Source: Klebsormidium nitens (taxonomy: Eukaryota; Plantae; Klebsormidiophyceae). Taken from it: a stretch of 64,000 bases of DNA. This document shows, in pieces, positions 12,623-25,662 of this stretch (positions are counted from its first letter, which is position 1; every line of letters begins with the position of its first letter). The notes under the pieces are model-generated. The model was not told the DNA's origin. It ran no database searches and worked only from the letters and a program-made list of their open reading frames with translations. Where the stretch lies: assembly GCA_000708835.1 (NCBI GenBank), contig DF237006.1, positions 131,817-195,816 of the forward strand. Reading direction: 5' to 3'. The position numbers and the translations under genes were made by a program.

Positions 12623-15600
12623 ATGGCGGTCTTCTCAGCTTCTGCTCCTGGAAAAGTGATTCTGTTTGGAGAGCACGCGGTTGTGCACGGCGCGAGCTGC
12701 ATTGCGGCCAGTATTGATCTGCGCACATCTGTGAGCGTCCACCTGCAGGATGCAGGGGGACAAGATGCCAGTGGGCCAAGTGATAGTGGTGGCAGTACTG
12801 ATGCGGTCACCCTGGCTTTACCTGGAATGGGTCTGGAGTGGCGGTGGCAGCTCGAAGAGCTGCGGCCATATTGGCAATCGTCTGATGGTAAGAAATGTAG
12901 CTTATACATGAAAGGTTTAAGTTGCTTAACCACGGCCAGGGAAGGAGGGAAATGTAGAGAGTATTGGAACTAAACTTTCTGAAGAAGAAATTGAGTTTGA
13001 AATCTTAGCATCCTATCCTAATTGTTCGCGTGACACTCAACGATTGGAGCTGCCTTCTCTGATTGGTTTGGGCTGCCACTCGAATGGCAAACCTTTGCCC
13101 ATCTTTGTTTGCATACCTGCTCCATTCGATTTCCAGGTCCTGCCCCAATTCAACATGTCACAGAAGCAACAGAGGAATTGACCACCAGATTGAGGGACCT
13201 GGCAAAGACAGCAATCGCACCCGATGCAAGCAGTAGTCTTGTTGCAGGGGCCGCCGCCTTCTTATTCCTGCACATCAATATACTGGGGTAAGATGAGTGG
13301 ACCTGAATTGTTGAAAAGACCCTTCAAGCCCAATAGTGGGTAACCTTGGGGCCCCAAGGTATTCAAATGTAGCCACCGCTTGCCTGAGATTGGGCCACCT
13401 TAGTGGGGCAATCCAGGGCCCTTTAGACGGATGGCAACTGCTACTTGTCTTACTCAAACGCCTTGACTGTTTCTTGCGATCCGCCCTTTCCAGGTGACCT
13501 CTCTACTTTTCTTTGTGTTTCTTATGATGATTGTTCTCAATCAATCAGTCAAGATGCAAACCAAACTTGCTCTTAGTGCTTCATCAAAACTTGAAACTGT
13601 TCGTGTGTATTATCTCCAGGCTCCGCTCCAGCCGCACTGTCCTCCAGTCTGAGTTGCCCATGGGTGCTGGTCTGGGCTCGTCCGCAGCCTTTTGTGCCTC
13701 CCTGGTTGGAGCTTTGTTAGCAGCAGTCAGCGCACCTGGGTTTTCTGAACTTGATCCAATCTCGACAATACTTTCAAGCCAAGCGGCAAAGCTTCCAATG
13801 CAAGGCTTGGAAGCTGCCAAAACCGAGTCCAGAACTAGACAGGCAGCCAGTGTTGATAGGATTACAGAAGCCGGTTGTTTAGTATGTAGAGACAGACCTG
13901 CACAGGATAGCCATCACGAAAGAGGCGACCTGCAGTCAGTTTCAAATGGTGCTCACGAAGAGGAACGGGTACAGGATGGTTCCTCCCAAGATCCGCACCG
14001 CAAAACTGCGCCGTTGAAAGTACCTTTAGAAAAGCCCAGCCAGCAGGCCCATCCAGAACCTGGTAAACCGGACTCGGCTTTTCATTCTGAAACTCCAGCA
14101 GCAGGCATGACTTTAGGAACTAGACCCGTCGAGCAGCGTGCATCGGAGGGAAACGATAGACTAGAAGGCATGGAACTGGCCAATGCATGGGCTTTCCAGG
14201 CTGAGCGCATCATACATGGCCGTCCGTCTGGGGTGGACAACACCGTCAGCTGTTTTGGTGAGTTTGTCTTCTTCTCAGCCTGACGCTGTTGAGGTTTTTA
14301 CCTTTCTGTGTCTTTATTTTTGCGTGTCTAACCTCTTGAAACTTGAACGTCTAGATTTCTTTCCGTTTCTCAGGGCGACTGGAAAGAGCAGAAGATAAAA
14401 GCTAAAAGAGATGGGAATTCAAGACTATCAGAATTAGGCACAACAGCAAAGCTCCAATATGGGGATATCATTGTCGAAGAAGCTCAAATATTTGAAACGA
14501 GCGGACAAGATGAGTGTCACTGGCTGCTTGGGGCGCATACAGGGTCGAAATTTTGACGTGTTTGCCACCCGAGAGAAGGACAAGATATGGAAGGAGCATC
14601 TCAATTCGACTGCCTCGCACATGACCCGTGTCCTTGCACGACGTCCTCAAGTCGTTCGTCTGTTGTTCAGGTGGCGCAATCTGCTTCAAGAAGGGGGTCA
14701 TCACGCGTCTGCCGCCCATGGTGTCGCTGCGGATGCTGCTCACCAACACCAACGTCGGGCGGGATACAAAGGCGCTAGTGGTGAGATTCTCCAAGAACGC
14801 TTCAACTCCACTGTTGGATGATTTCTAAAGCAATTCTGAGCTGTTTCCTGTTGTTTGGCTCGTGATTCAAACGGAACAACTTGGTGCCCGGAAAGTAGAG
14901 TAGTGTCGTTAGCAATACGCTGAATCTCTCCTCTACTCAGGTTTTGAGTGAAATTAGAATCGATGGACTGGCGCGCTTCTGAGGGACAACAACTTACAAA
15001 CCCAGTTCTTTTAGAGCTCAAGCGTGCCGTTCATTCATGTCACCTCTTCCACGTCCACGAAACGATGCTTTGCCGTCACAGTGCAGGTGCTTCTCGAAAG
15101 GCTGATGCTGAGTATAGACGGCAACAATCACCACCCCGATGTCCTGCCTGACTCATCGGATCTGTAAGGGACGACTCAAATCTGTCTTTGATAAATCAGA
15201 ACGGCTCAGCTTTCAGGCTTAAGATCCGACTCTTCCGTGCTTCTCGGGGAACCTCGAAACGTTGAGACGCCCTCTCTTTCGGCGCAGGCCGGAGTCGGGC
15301 AGCGAGCGGCCCGGTTGCAGGCCGTGTATGAGCCGCTCTTTGCGGCGATTGACGAGATGTCACAAGCGTTCCTGCGAGCATCAGCGAGTCCAGCCGGCGA
15401 CCCTGCAAACCTGCAGACACTTGTCGAAGTAAGTAATGCTCGTCGTGAAACTCGTGGTCTTGTGTGATCTGCAACCAAGTATGGACTCTGTGATCACGTG
15501 TGCACAGCGTTCATTGGTGAGTAGTGCTTCTCGGTTGACGTGTTTGGCGCCTTTCTAGAAGGCAAGCAGGTCAAGGAGAGCTGGAGCTCTTGTTCTGATT

Positions 15601-16195
15601 GCTTTCGTTGACAACCCACACACAGAATTGGCTTGTTCGGCGCACTGTAGTAGCTCGTGTAAGCAGTGGTCCACCAAGCAGCAGGTTCTTTGTTGCTTCC
15701 CTTTCTCGCGGCCGAAGATGCCGCAAAGTTACTCATCACCAGGTGTTTACAAAGAGAAGCTGGTCGAAAATCCCCTGCTTCCAGTACCTTTTGTTAGTTT
15801 GATCGTTCTCCGGGCCTCCCTCACAGCCGAATGAGGCGACATAAGATCCGGTCTGACCCTGCCATCTACTTCCGATGTCTCCATTTTGCAAGCAGCGGCG
15901 ACCCGCCTGACTTTGATTCGACATCTGTCTGCAGGAACTCGTGGACTTGAATCAAGCGATTCTGAGAGGCATTGGCGTCAGCCATGCAAAGATTGAAGAG
16001 ATTATAGCCGTAACAGAGAGAAGGAGTCTCCATTCAAAGTTGACCGGGGCTGGAGGTGGGGGATGCGTCCTAACCCTACTGCGGGATACGGACGAGACAG
16101 TCCTTCAGGAGTTGATTACGGAGTTGGAAGGGAAGGGCTTCACATGCTTTCTGGTCTCGGTCGGGGGCCCTGGCTTGCAGTTGAGAACGGTATGA
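12623..16195 (+). CDS. MVK: Mevalonate kinase (GHMP kinase family), 6 exons
   Basis: Exons 12623-12887, 13137-13287, 13620-14257, 14671-14780, 15288-15428, 15935-16195. Motifs [47 protein letters not shown] and [10 protein letters not shown]. Confidence 0.97.
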
Positions 16196-17164
16196 TTGGT
16201 TTGACCGGCCGAAAGCTTCAAGAGTCGGGGATCCTAAGCCAGCGCTCAGCTGCGCGGCTTAGCATGTGTACCAGAAGACTCGCTGTTGTCAACGAAGCCC
16301 TGTTTACTTGACGTATGTTTGACGATCAAGGGAGCAACGGCTTAGACGCCACGCTTTTCCCATGCATTTGGACTCCGAAAGTTCCGTATTGCACATGTGC
16401 ATACGTCTCAGTATGTTCCGCGGCAAGTCCTAGTTGCCAGGCAGTCCATAGATCGATCGTCATTATAGGCGATATTGAAGCAAGTTCCATCAGTTGCGCC
16501 GGCTTCTTGGAGTCTCTGACTGAACGCTCTCAGTGTGGATGATAGATATGTGCGGAATGATTCATAAGCTACACGTACGCATCGGATCTGCGGCTTATAT
16601 ATACGAGCAACTCTGGCGACTCTTGCCGGAGTCGCGCTGCATGTGCACGGACCGCAATATGTACCGTCGGAGCCATATGTACGCCGGCCACAATATGTCC
16701 GCGCAACGATCGTCTTCCTGCTTACCTCAATAGCATGCACTAGATCTGGATTGCAAACTTCAGAGCCTACCTTCAGACTCAAGCTCTCGAGGCTTAATGA
16801 CGCTAGCTAGCCAACCAGCGATCGTTCGTAACAGCTGAAACAATCTTTGGACTACTAATTAGAGCAACGGTGCATTTGGGATATACGCTGATCTATGAGA
16901 GAGTTGACCTCCTGCCGCCCATGCGCATTCTTTGATCTGCGGATTCCGAGAATGGTTGAAGGACTCTCACAAAGGACTCTGGAAGGACCAGTATTGCAGA
17001 GGATGAGAAGTGGCGGCTAGTATCGCGGCATAAGAAAGTTCTGAATTTGGAGTCGACAGTGACGTAGGTATACGTGACCATGGGGGGTTCGTCTTGAGTC
17101 GTCTGCAGCAATTTGACAATCTGATGGCTGCAGTCTCAACTACGGTACTGGGCACTGAATCCTG

Positions 17165-20100
17165 TTACGGGGGCTCCTTCTCGTCTTGGCATCGTTGGCA
17201 CTGGCATCGGAAGCCGTACGCCCACTCGAGGTGTTTCTGACGTGTCTCGACAGGGAGGCTAGCGTCAATGTAAGTGATGGTGAGCTCCTCTCCTGCACGC
17301 GAAGGTGACCCGGCAAAAAGTTGTTGAAGTGACACTGGACACGGACTGAAAACACTCACAGACGGGGAATGCTGAGTTGAACGTGCGGAGGCTACTCGAA
17401 TCGGTGCCTGATCCGGGCCCACCGACAATACGAAGCCTGACCCTCTGACCAATCCTTACTCATGCGGTCGTGAGTCTGTTGCTTCTCGCCTGACAAAGGG
17501 CAGGCTGACATAAGCTCCGATCATGGTGCCGAATCTCGTCAAATTCCAAGACGCTTGAGAGTCAACGACTCCTTGCCTCCAAGCAAGATGACGACTGGCC
17601 AGCTTGTGGACCTCAGGAGCTTGTTATCAGCTGTCGGGCTCTTTGCAGCCGACAGATCGAGAAGTCTCGCGGCCAACTGACATTAAGGGGGCGCACCTCC
17701 AGAAAACTTTAGGTCGACATTCTGAGACTCCAGATGTGCCACTTGTGCAAACCAGGACAGCAGGTAGTCTGCTAAATCCGCACGCTCTCTTCCTTAACGG
17801 TCTGTCCAAGGAATTCATGGTGAACTTTCTGGCAGTTGATACCCTCAGAAACCAGAATCCGACAACCGTGATTGCAGTACGCGCTAGACCGCTTTAAGAC
17901 TAAGACGACGCTCTGCTTATCGTCCACAGGTTGTTCGGTCTTCAACTGTACACGTGAGTGTTACGAACTTTTCCAAGGAGAGCAAGTGATTGTCAGACTT
18001 TTCAACTGGGTAAGTGCTTCTTACCTTCTTGGATGTCTCGCCGAGCTTCGAAACGGGCTATCGCGTCCCTGGGCCAATGGATATCCACGCTGGGCTCTGC
18101 AGAGAAAGCGGCAACCTTAAGCGCCCTTCTCAAGCACCGCTTTCGGCACTAGCCAGCCCCTGCGTTGCGCCGAGCGGTGAGTCTTGCAGTCCAACTCAAT
18201 TAGACTGGGTTTGTAATACGAGTCTTCGGAACGAGATCGTAACAGCACTGCACCGTGCGTTCAGAAAGATCAGTCAGAATATGCAACAGCACCTCTCACT
18301 CACAAAAAGCAATCGGGAGGAATAAAGAAGCAAAAGTGATCGAAAAAGTTGTCATGTTTGAAGAGCAGGAACAAGAGCACGAAGAGAAGATAGAAGAAAC
18401 CACGGAAGAATTAAGAGTCCCAGTCCAGGAAGTCATCACGGCATGCATCAGGGCCCGACAAGGGAATCCTGTCTAAGTCCAACGCGGGTTGCCGAATCCT
18501 CACCACAGCTGTGATTGTACATCGACGGCAGCAGGTAAACTGCGCTCCCCGCAGAGCCGTGTCCGGCGGCGGCGTCCGAAGCGGCGGCAAAAAGATCGGA
18601 CGGGTCGAGCGGACGCACGATGTCGACTTGGAACGAGTTGAGGTGCATGCGGGCAATCACGCTGACGTACCAGTCCAAGGTTAGGACTGGTTAACGACGG
18701 GTTGGAAGGGGGTCAAGGGCTGAGACGATGCTTAGGGGGCGGGCTGACTGGCTCGGGTGAGGCTTGCGGAAGTTGAAGGGCAAACAAAAAATGCACGTTT
18801 TAGTCGATAGCTGGCAGTCATGAGAGTGGACAGCTTCGGTCGGAGGCCCTTGCCATTAAAAATCAAACTTTCGGACGAAATTGATGGTGAATGTTCTATT
18901 TCTGCGAACTGTGGTATAGCTTGCAAGAGAATCTGACGCTCTCCAAAACAACATCTCTAACCAACTTCGTCCTAATCTTTGTCTTGCGTAAGTTTGGACA
19001 GCTAAGTAGCCTCCAATTGCAAGCAAAGAAAGGACGTGCAAACGAAGGTCGCGTTGAGTAAGGAACAGAGCGGCATCGTTGGATACAGCGCAGGGCTTCG
19101 TCTGATTGGCCTGACCTTCTCAAGGCCTGGTAGACGATCGAGTGCTCTTCGACCCACTGCAGAAGGGAACGGGAAAGATCACAACGAGGCGCCTGTGATA
19201 TGAAGCTGACTTGGAACAAACAGACAGAAAGGCGTGGCAAGCGGCTGTCAGTCTCGCATGGCCTTCGATCGACGACAGCGTTCTAAATCCTGCTGGGTTT
19301 GATGTGGTGTGCGGTTTTATACATATCGAAGCAGCCAGTTGTGATCGAAGAGAACGAAGGGGCTGTGCACTCACTTCCGGAGGAGTGGGGTCCGTCTTGA
19401 CAAAGCAGAGCGGTCTGAGGACGTCCGGCTCCGCTGCCTCAGACAAGACCATGCACGCGAGGCGAGCTACGAGGAGGGGGAACCGCAGCCCATGCTCACT
19501 GCACGATACGCAACGTGAAGTTAGCTGATGATCAAAACGGGAGGTCAAGAACCTCGTGGGAGGCAGGACGAAGTTTTGAGAACGTACTTGAAGCAGCTCA
19601 TCCTTTAAGCGGCCAACAAAAACGATTGTATGACTCGCTGTTGGAGCATAAGGTCATTCCTTTGCATGGAATGGACGTACCGGCCGTGTTCCACCAGCTT
19701 GGTCCAGTTCGCTTGTTGCTCAACCCCATAGAACTGATCCTGCGCAGAACTGGAGAAGGTGTGATTAAGCAGCAGTCACGACCTGGGTGCATCAGAACTG
19801 CAGGAGACGAAGAAAGGCCTAACGACTGAACATCACGTGGTCCAAGTAAATTCGTCGTCAAATGTATATAAACGGTCTGAGCACCTCAAGGACTTCCGAA
19901 TTGGCGGTCGAAACTAGGGCGACAGTTTCTGGCGAGACCATCAAGCAACGCTCCAACAAAAGAGTGCCTCAGAGCGGTGAAGACTTGAGGGTCTTCATTG
20001 AGACAGCCCTCAACCGTGAAATCTCATACCCCTCCACCCTACAAGGGGGTACATCAAGTCACCAGAGACCGGCCACTTGAAGACTTTGGAGTTGGAAATT

Positions 20101-21410
20101 ATGCAGAAGCTTCGTCGTTTGCAAAGGATTCTCAAAGGGACCTTCAATAGACTGATTGGAGGCAACATGTGTGTACTTCAGCTGCGACCAAACTTTGAAA
20201 AGAACGGAAATTCAACTCATTTGCCAAAATCAACACAGAGGGGAGCCACAGCAGATCACAGCTGCTCATCCTTAAGTGCTCACTTCGGCATACAGGGCGC
20301 ACGCCTCACTGCAGAACGAAGGCCGCAGCTTGCCTTCTGCCGGGGACTTTACGCCATCAGGATAGTACCTCACACCTTCCTGGGTGTACTTGAGGCACAG
20401 GTAGCAGCACTGCGCTGGAAGTAACGTAGTTAAGCTTTCAGAAATTGATCTAGAATGTTTCGAAATGTTTCGAAAAGTTTCAAAGATTGAGGATTTGGCA
20501 GCTAAATTGTTCACTTATGTAGATTCCATTGGAAGATCCAGAAGCGACAGCTTCAAGAATGCTTAGACAGACCGCTACCTCATCTTGCAGCGCTTGATGT
20601 CGTGCTTAAATGAATGCAAGGGCCATTTCAGAACTTGCTCACTTTGTCAATATTGTTAAGCGTCGGATGCGCCACAATTGGGGCTGCATCCTGGATTACT
20701 TCGCCCGCTGCTATCTCCTCTGCTGCATACATTCCTCGCCCAGCTGTAGCACTTGCCCGGACGGTGAGCGGCAGGCCTGCCAGCATCAGAAAAGATAGTG
20801 ATCTAGATAGTGGTGTTTTCGAGAATGGCACAATCTGTCATAATGGGCCCTTCTTCTGCTTATTGTACTCAACCACACAACAAGCGGGGAACAGAGCAGG
20901 TGACCCAGTACGGCTCTGAACTCATTTCCAACCTGCCACAACGAAAACATTTCCCCAGATCTTATACGTCCAGGGCTTTACATCTCACAAGCATCATCGA
21001 CCAGACTGTAGAAGAAAGTCGTTAAGGAACTATGTCATGCAGAACAGAACCACATGCTGACCTTCGGCAAATTCCTCAAAGAATGGGGAGGGGTTCGATT
21101 CCAGCTGCGTGTCTCGCCCCATCGTCAGACTCCTAGAATTAGGTGCACAATTCAGGCGCTCAAGAGTCAATTTTGATGTCCTGTCATGTTCTGCCCCTAG
21201 TTTGCAAGCAGCTAGCAGGCGCTGTGAGGCTGGGCCTGTGTGATATGGTTTTGGGCCCGGCTCGCGGTCAAGCCCATATCGTGAGGTGCTTCCAATCTGG
21301 CCGCGGAACAAGCTGCCCTGATTATTTAACGTATTGCAGATGGCCTTTGAGTGCGTTGATCTGCTGCGCGCTAATGCTCTAGCCAAGCCTTCCAAGCGCA
21401 GATAATTCAT
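17165..21410 (-). CDS. ATXR4: SET-MYND histone-lysine methyltransferase-like protein (ATXR4/SDG38-like), 9 exons
   Basis: Exons 21410-21062, 20776-20643, 20409-20284, 19739-19681, 19498-19375, 19156-19087, 18686-18504, 18096-18025, 17292-17165. Motifs GRGMYAAEEI, CCYLC...FCSEAC, RFPLLVARL, AVYLLPSMYNHSC|EP, GEELTITYIDAS and FRCQCQRC. Confidence 0.9.
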
Positions 21411-22144
21411 GTGAATGTTGGGTCAGACGCAAGAGATTCGTGTCGGGTCTTGCAGGAGCTAGGGCTTCAACACAGGGAACACCTGAGAATCAGTCTGGCA
21501 TGCAAAAAACAGAGTTTTGAGCTGCAAAACCTTTCCAGTACAAGTTCCTGCGGACATCAATGTATATGGAACAAACTGCAAACAACGGAGCCGTGACCTT
21601 TCTGAGTCTCCCCAGCTTGCTCCTCTGTGCAGCATTCCACAAACATCGAACTGCACCACTTCAATTCAAAGCGCAGCGGCAGAGCGGTTTAACTGCCAGT
21701 GCAGGCATCCCTGCAGGGAGCGCCAACTCAAGATTCTTTGCATGACAGCTGGCCAGATTCAGACCAGCTATACGGCCGTCACTCTGCGTCAAGCTGACCA
21801 CTGCTGCGTGCTGATGTCACTCCTAGTAACTAAGATATAGGTAGTACTAGCGAGTCAGATACGTACCCTCCTGAAGGAATGCAGGCAGCAGGCTGCAGCC
21901 TGCAGGAGGCTGCTGCAGAACCCGACTGAGTGGGTTGAGCGGCCCAAGCCTGCCAAGGTACGTACCAAAGACTGAAGGAGTCAATTCAGCGTGATCTACG
22001 GTTCAGAACCTGGATCTTTCAAGTTCGGTGCAGCGTAACGATTCTGCTACGAAAGTCGATTTAGACCAGGTAGATATAAGGATAAAGTTCAATACCTATA
22101 AGGATCTAAGAGGGGCGGCGAACGGGTGGGGTTGGTATGGTGGT

Positions 22145-22200
22145 TAGGGTGGGTTCGGGTGCTCAGCGCGTCATGTTTGTAGGTTAGGGTTTTTAGTTAG
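22145..22200. promoter_or_regulatory. Telo-box in the divergent SET/RbcX promoter
   Basis: Exact tagggttt at 22185-22192 with degenerate ttagg copies nearby, about 350 bp upstream of the RbcX ATG. Confidence 0.45.
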
Positions 22201-22541
22201 GTTGCTGCCCCGGGTACTTCCTCAGAGGTGTTAGATCCTTATAGGTGTTAAACTTGACGGGTATGGGTAGATGGGCAAAAACTGCCGTGATATGTCTCAG
22301 GCCCAGGGGTTGCAAAGGGACGAGGATACCGATTCTTGGTGCTGGTGTCCAGACAACTGTGTGGGTCACCATGATTGCAGAGCTGCCAGTGCATGCGGAG
22401 AGAGTGCGCGTTGCATGGGCTAGTCCTGCAGGGTGTACAGGGTACGTCTCCAGCAAACAGGACGGAGACAATTCTAGGAGGCACAACGCCAGGGCGGTAG
22501 CTAGAGGGCATACAAGATTCGGAAGAAGGTCTTGGGAGCAA

Positions 22542-24631
22542 ATGGCGGCTGGCGCTAGATTGGCGGCTCATCTGTCGCGGTCGGTTGCTCTAAGCACGAC
22601 CGCATGCAGCACGTCGTCCAGGTGCAGTAGTGGGCAACTCCTCCCCCTTCCAGTGTGCAGGCAAGCGCCTTCACGCGCATGGGGATGCGTTCTGAAGCAA
22701 GCGTGCACTCTTTTAGGCGTGAAGACAGACTGGAGGCAGACGTCATTTGCTGCAGAACTGACCGGGATTAAGGCTAATAGGAATGGGCGAAGATCCAAGA
22801 GGGGAATGATTGTAGCTGATCTTGGTGGGGAGTATTCAGAGAATTTTGATGATGTTGAGAAGGTAAGCTGCGGACGTTGTGGCGATAGCAGGCTGTGGTC
22901 ATTCGGATTCAGGGCTTTCATTCTGAGGCAGACGCTTCTGCTTTAGATAGATTGTTCTGATTGTCAGCCATTTTTGGTAATTTCGCAGCTGTGACTGATA
23001 AGATCATTCATTGCTGCTCACTGAGACAATGTGGCTGACAGACTTCAAGAATGGTTTCTGTCACTAGGTCGACATTCAAGTCGGCTCTCCTAGAGCAAGA
23101 AGAAGCTTAGAACCTCTCTGAAGTTGCATTGAGGTACATCAGCTGGTATTGACATGTGTGGGACAATTGGTGCAGATCTCAGCATCTCACACATCGAGGT
23201 TCTTAGATTCTCAACCTCTAGAGCAGTTCAACAGCACCTCTCTACTGGGTTGAAGGGGAGTAGGGTTCAAACGGTCATGTAATTTGTAGCTATACATATC
23301 ACTGCATTGAGGAAAGAGAGGTACTCAGATCCGTTCCAACTTGAGGGGAGATTGCCTCACCAATTCAGTCGTACAGGCTTGCACATCCGAGCAGCCTGAT
23401 CTTGGAATTTTCCTCTCCAGCACTTGGTGGACTACTTTACATACAAGGCCGTCAAGACTGTTCTTGCTCAGCTGCTAGAGATGAACCCGTCCCAGTACCG
23501 GTGGCTCTACAGGTTCGTGCCTGTCAGCAACGCTGTGTCCAGTGTTGCAGCCTTTTGCATCTATCGTCCCTGTTGTTGCCCTTGTGATTTCGGAGGACAG
23601 TCATATCACTCACTCTCTTCATAGAGAGGATGACAAGGGACAGCTGCAGGATGTTGACAGTGCTGTGAAGGGGGACTCGTTTGCAGTCCATGCCCCATGC
23701 GGATTGACATGGTTATCTCCTACTGGTCGAATATGGCCCAAAAATGTCATTCTAACCTTATGTTCGCCTCGTTGGTCCAGCTTCGTGGTGGAAAATCAAC
23801 CACAAGATAGCGTGGTCTTTATCAGGAAACTCGTAAAGGTAAGAGGGTTTACTGTTCTGTTTTTCTCAATTGTTTTGCCGCAAGGATGCAGACACCAACT
23901 GATGCAAACGCCAAGAGAGAACGCATAGTCTGCTCTTAGCAAAGCGCTGGAGCAGACTGCCCTGGACATATTTGAGCAAGAGTGCCCTTCTGTGATTGAA
24001 CATGAAGTCAGGGCCCAGTAGCATGCGAAACATTGTGCAAGCCTCCTGTGACCCTGATTCAACTGGAATGTCTATTTGGCAGGAAAAGCAAGAGCTCGCA
24101 GAGCGGGTGATGGTCACCCGCTTGCACCTTTTCAACCAGTGGGTCAAGGTAGGGTCAAGATGGCAGAATTCCTATTCAGCAAATCTGCTCAATCACTGCA
24201 ATTCTTCTGGTTGAGTGTGGGTTCTTTGACCATTCTGTTGTGAACGGGGCGTTGATATGGACAATTTCTTGAAAGTGAGGGCAACATGGACGTTTGAGCC
24301 CCCACTCAGTTTGTGATTGGTCTGTATAGCAAGTGCTGTCAACTTGCTCAGAGTGGAGCAGTTGGCTGTGTTGATCCAGAAGCAGGAAGTGAAAGTGGGT
24401 CTCTACTTCTGCATTTGTGTGGGTTCAAGACATTCAAAGCGTATGCCGGAATACCTTGCTGAAATATCCGGAGTTTGACGAGGACCAAATCTTAAAGGAT
24501 TTGTGCTTGCTCTGCAGAAATACAACCATGCGGACTTGTACGAATCTATACAGAAGCAGAACCTGGCCTTGCTCAGGGAGCGTCTCATGCAAACGGTCAA
24601 ATTCGATGAGGAAGTACCCAAGGATACGTAA
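22542..24631 (+). CDS. RBCX2: Rubisco assembly chaperone RbcX (cyanobacterial-like RbcX2 type), plastid-targeted, 5 exons
   Basis: Exons 22542-22862, 23421-23512, 23781-23838, 24083-24148, 24518-24631. Motifs LGGEYSENFDDV, YFTYKAVKTVLAQLLEMNP, ELAERVMVTRLHL and NLALLRERLMQTV. Confidence 0.96.
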
Positions 24632-25662
24632 CGTGTTGTGATCCTTCGAAATAATAGCTTGTGGGTGCGAAAGCGAGTTGGTGGAGGTTGAAGTGATTGT
24701 ACATTGGGTATAGCATGCTGGGATCCAGAACTTTGGAACCGGCTTAATCGTGGCCATCCCTGCACCGGTCTGCAGTGGCTGGGATTCATTCGAAAACGGT
24801 TAGTGAGGAACGGGCAATACTTGTACAGATTCTTGCAGGACAGGTTTTATTGCACCTAGTGCTGACATTCAGACAAACACTTCAGGATCAGAAGAACTGG
24901 GATTTTTTGAAAGGGCGCACAATAAGTTTCAAGTAAAGAGTAGATTCGGAAGCTCCTTTAGTACAAATCAGAGGCCCGCTGTAAAAGGCTGCACGTGGGC
25001 TCACAAGGGTACGGTTAGCCTTACACACAATTGTATTTGACCAGTGTTGCAGACCCCTCAAGCATGTACGGCTGTATAAAGGTATGTCTGCAGCTCTGAT
25101 TACTTGATTGCTGAGTGTCCTGGATGGATTTCGATCATCTCGAGTTGGCATGTTAGACTCCTTTCCATGCTCAGTGCATGCTGAGTTCGCGCGCTGGCTA
25201 AGTTAGAACTAGTTGATCATTGAGCTTGAGAGTATGCACATATAGGTACGGCAACTCATACATGTGTACAGGTGCTGACATGTGCAATCCGACGATTTGA
25301 CCACCACTCAATTGACATGCAGTGCACTGGCAATTGTCGGACCATGTAAATTGTGAATGGCGAAGCACATGTATGAGTTTTTTTCATTCATGAGACGGTC
25401 CAGTCACAGTCTTTCGGGGTAATGCTAGGTCACAGTCGGCCTAGATAGATCCGCTGCACTTCTTGCTCTAACTACGTTGACATTTGCCTGCAACCGCCTG
25501 TCTTTCTACTCATTAAAGCTTCATGTCAAGTCCATCGACTTTGTGATGACACAAAGTACAAAGCGTGCTACCGCGCACTGAGCCGTTCAAGGCTGAGATT
25601 GAATAGTATGTATGAAGCGAGCTAGTATGATAAAACTCCAACTTTGATTCGCCCGCTCGAAT

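Noticed and set aside
21887-21903. Short perfect palindrome gcaggctgcagcctgc; similar small hairpins near 7107-7125 and 53371-53396
   Set aside because: Stems of 8 bp or less in moderately GC-rich DNA, with no supporting context.
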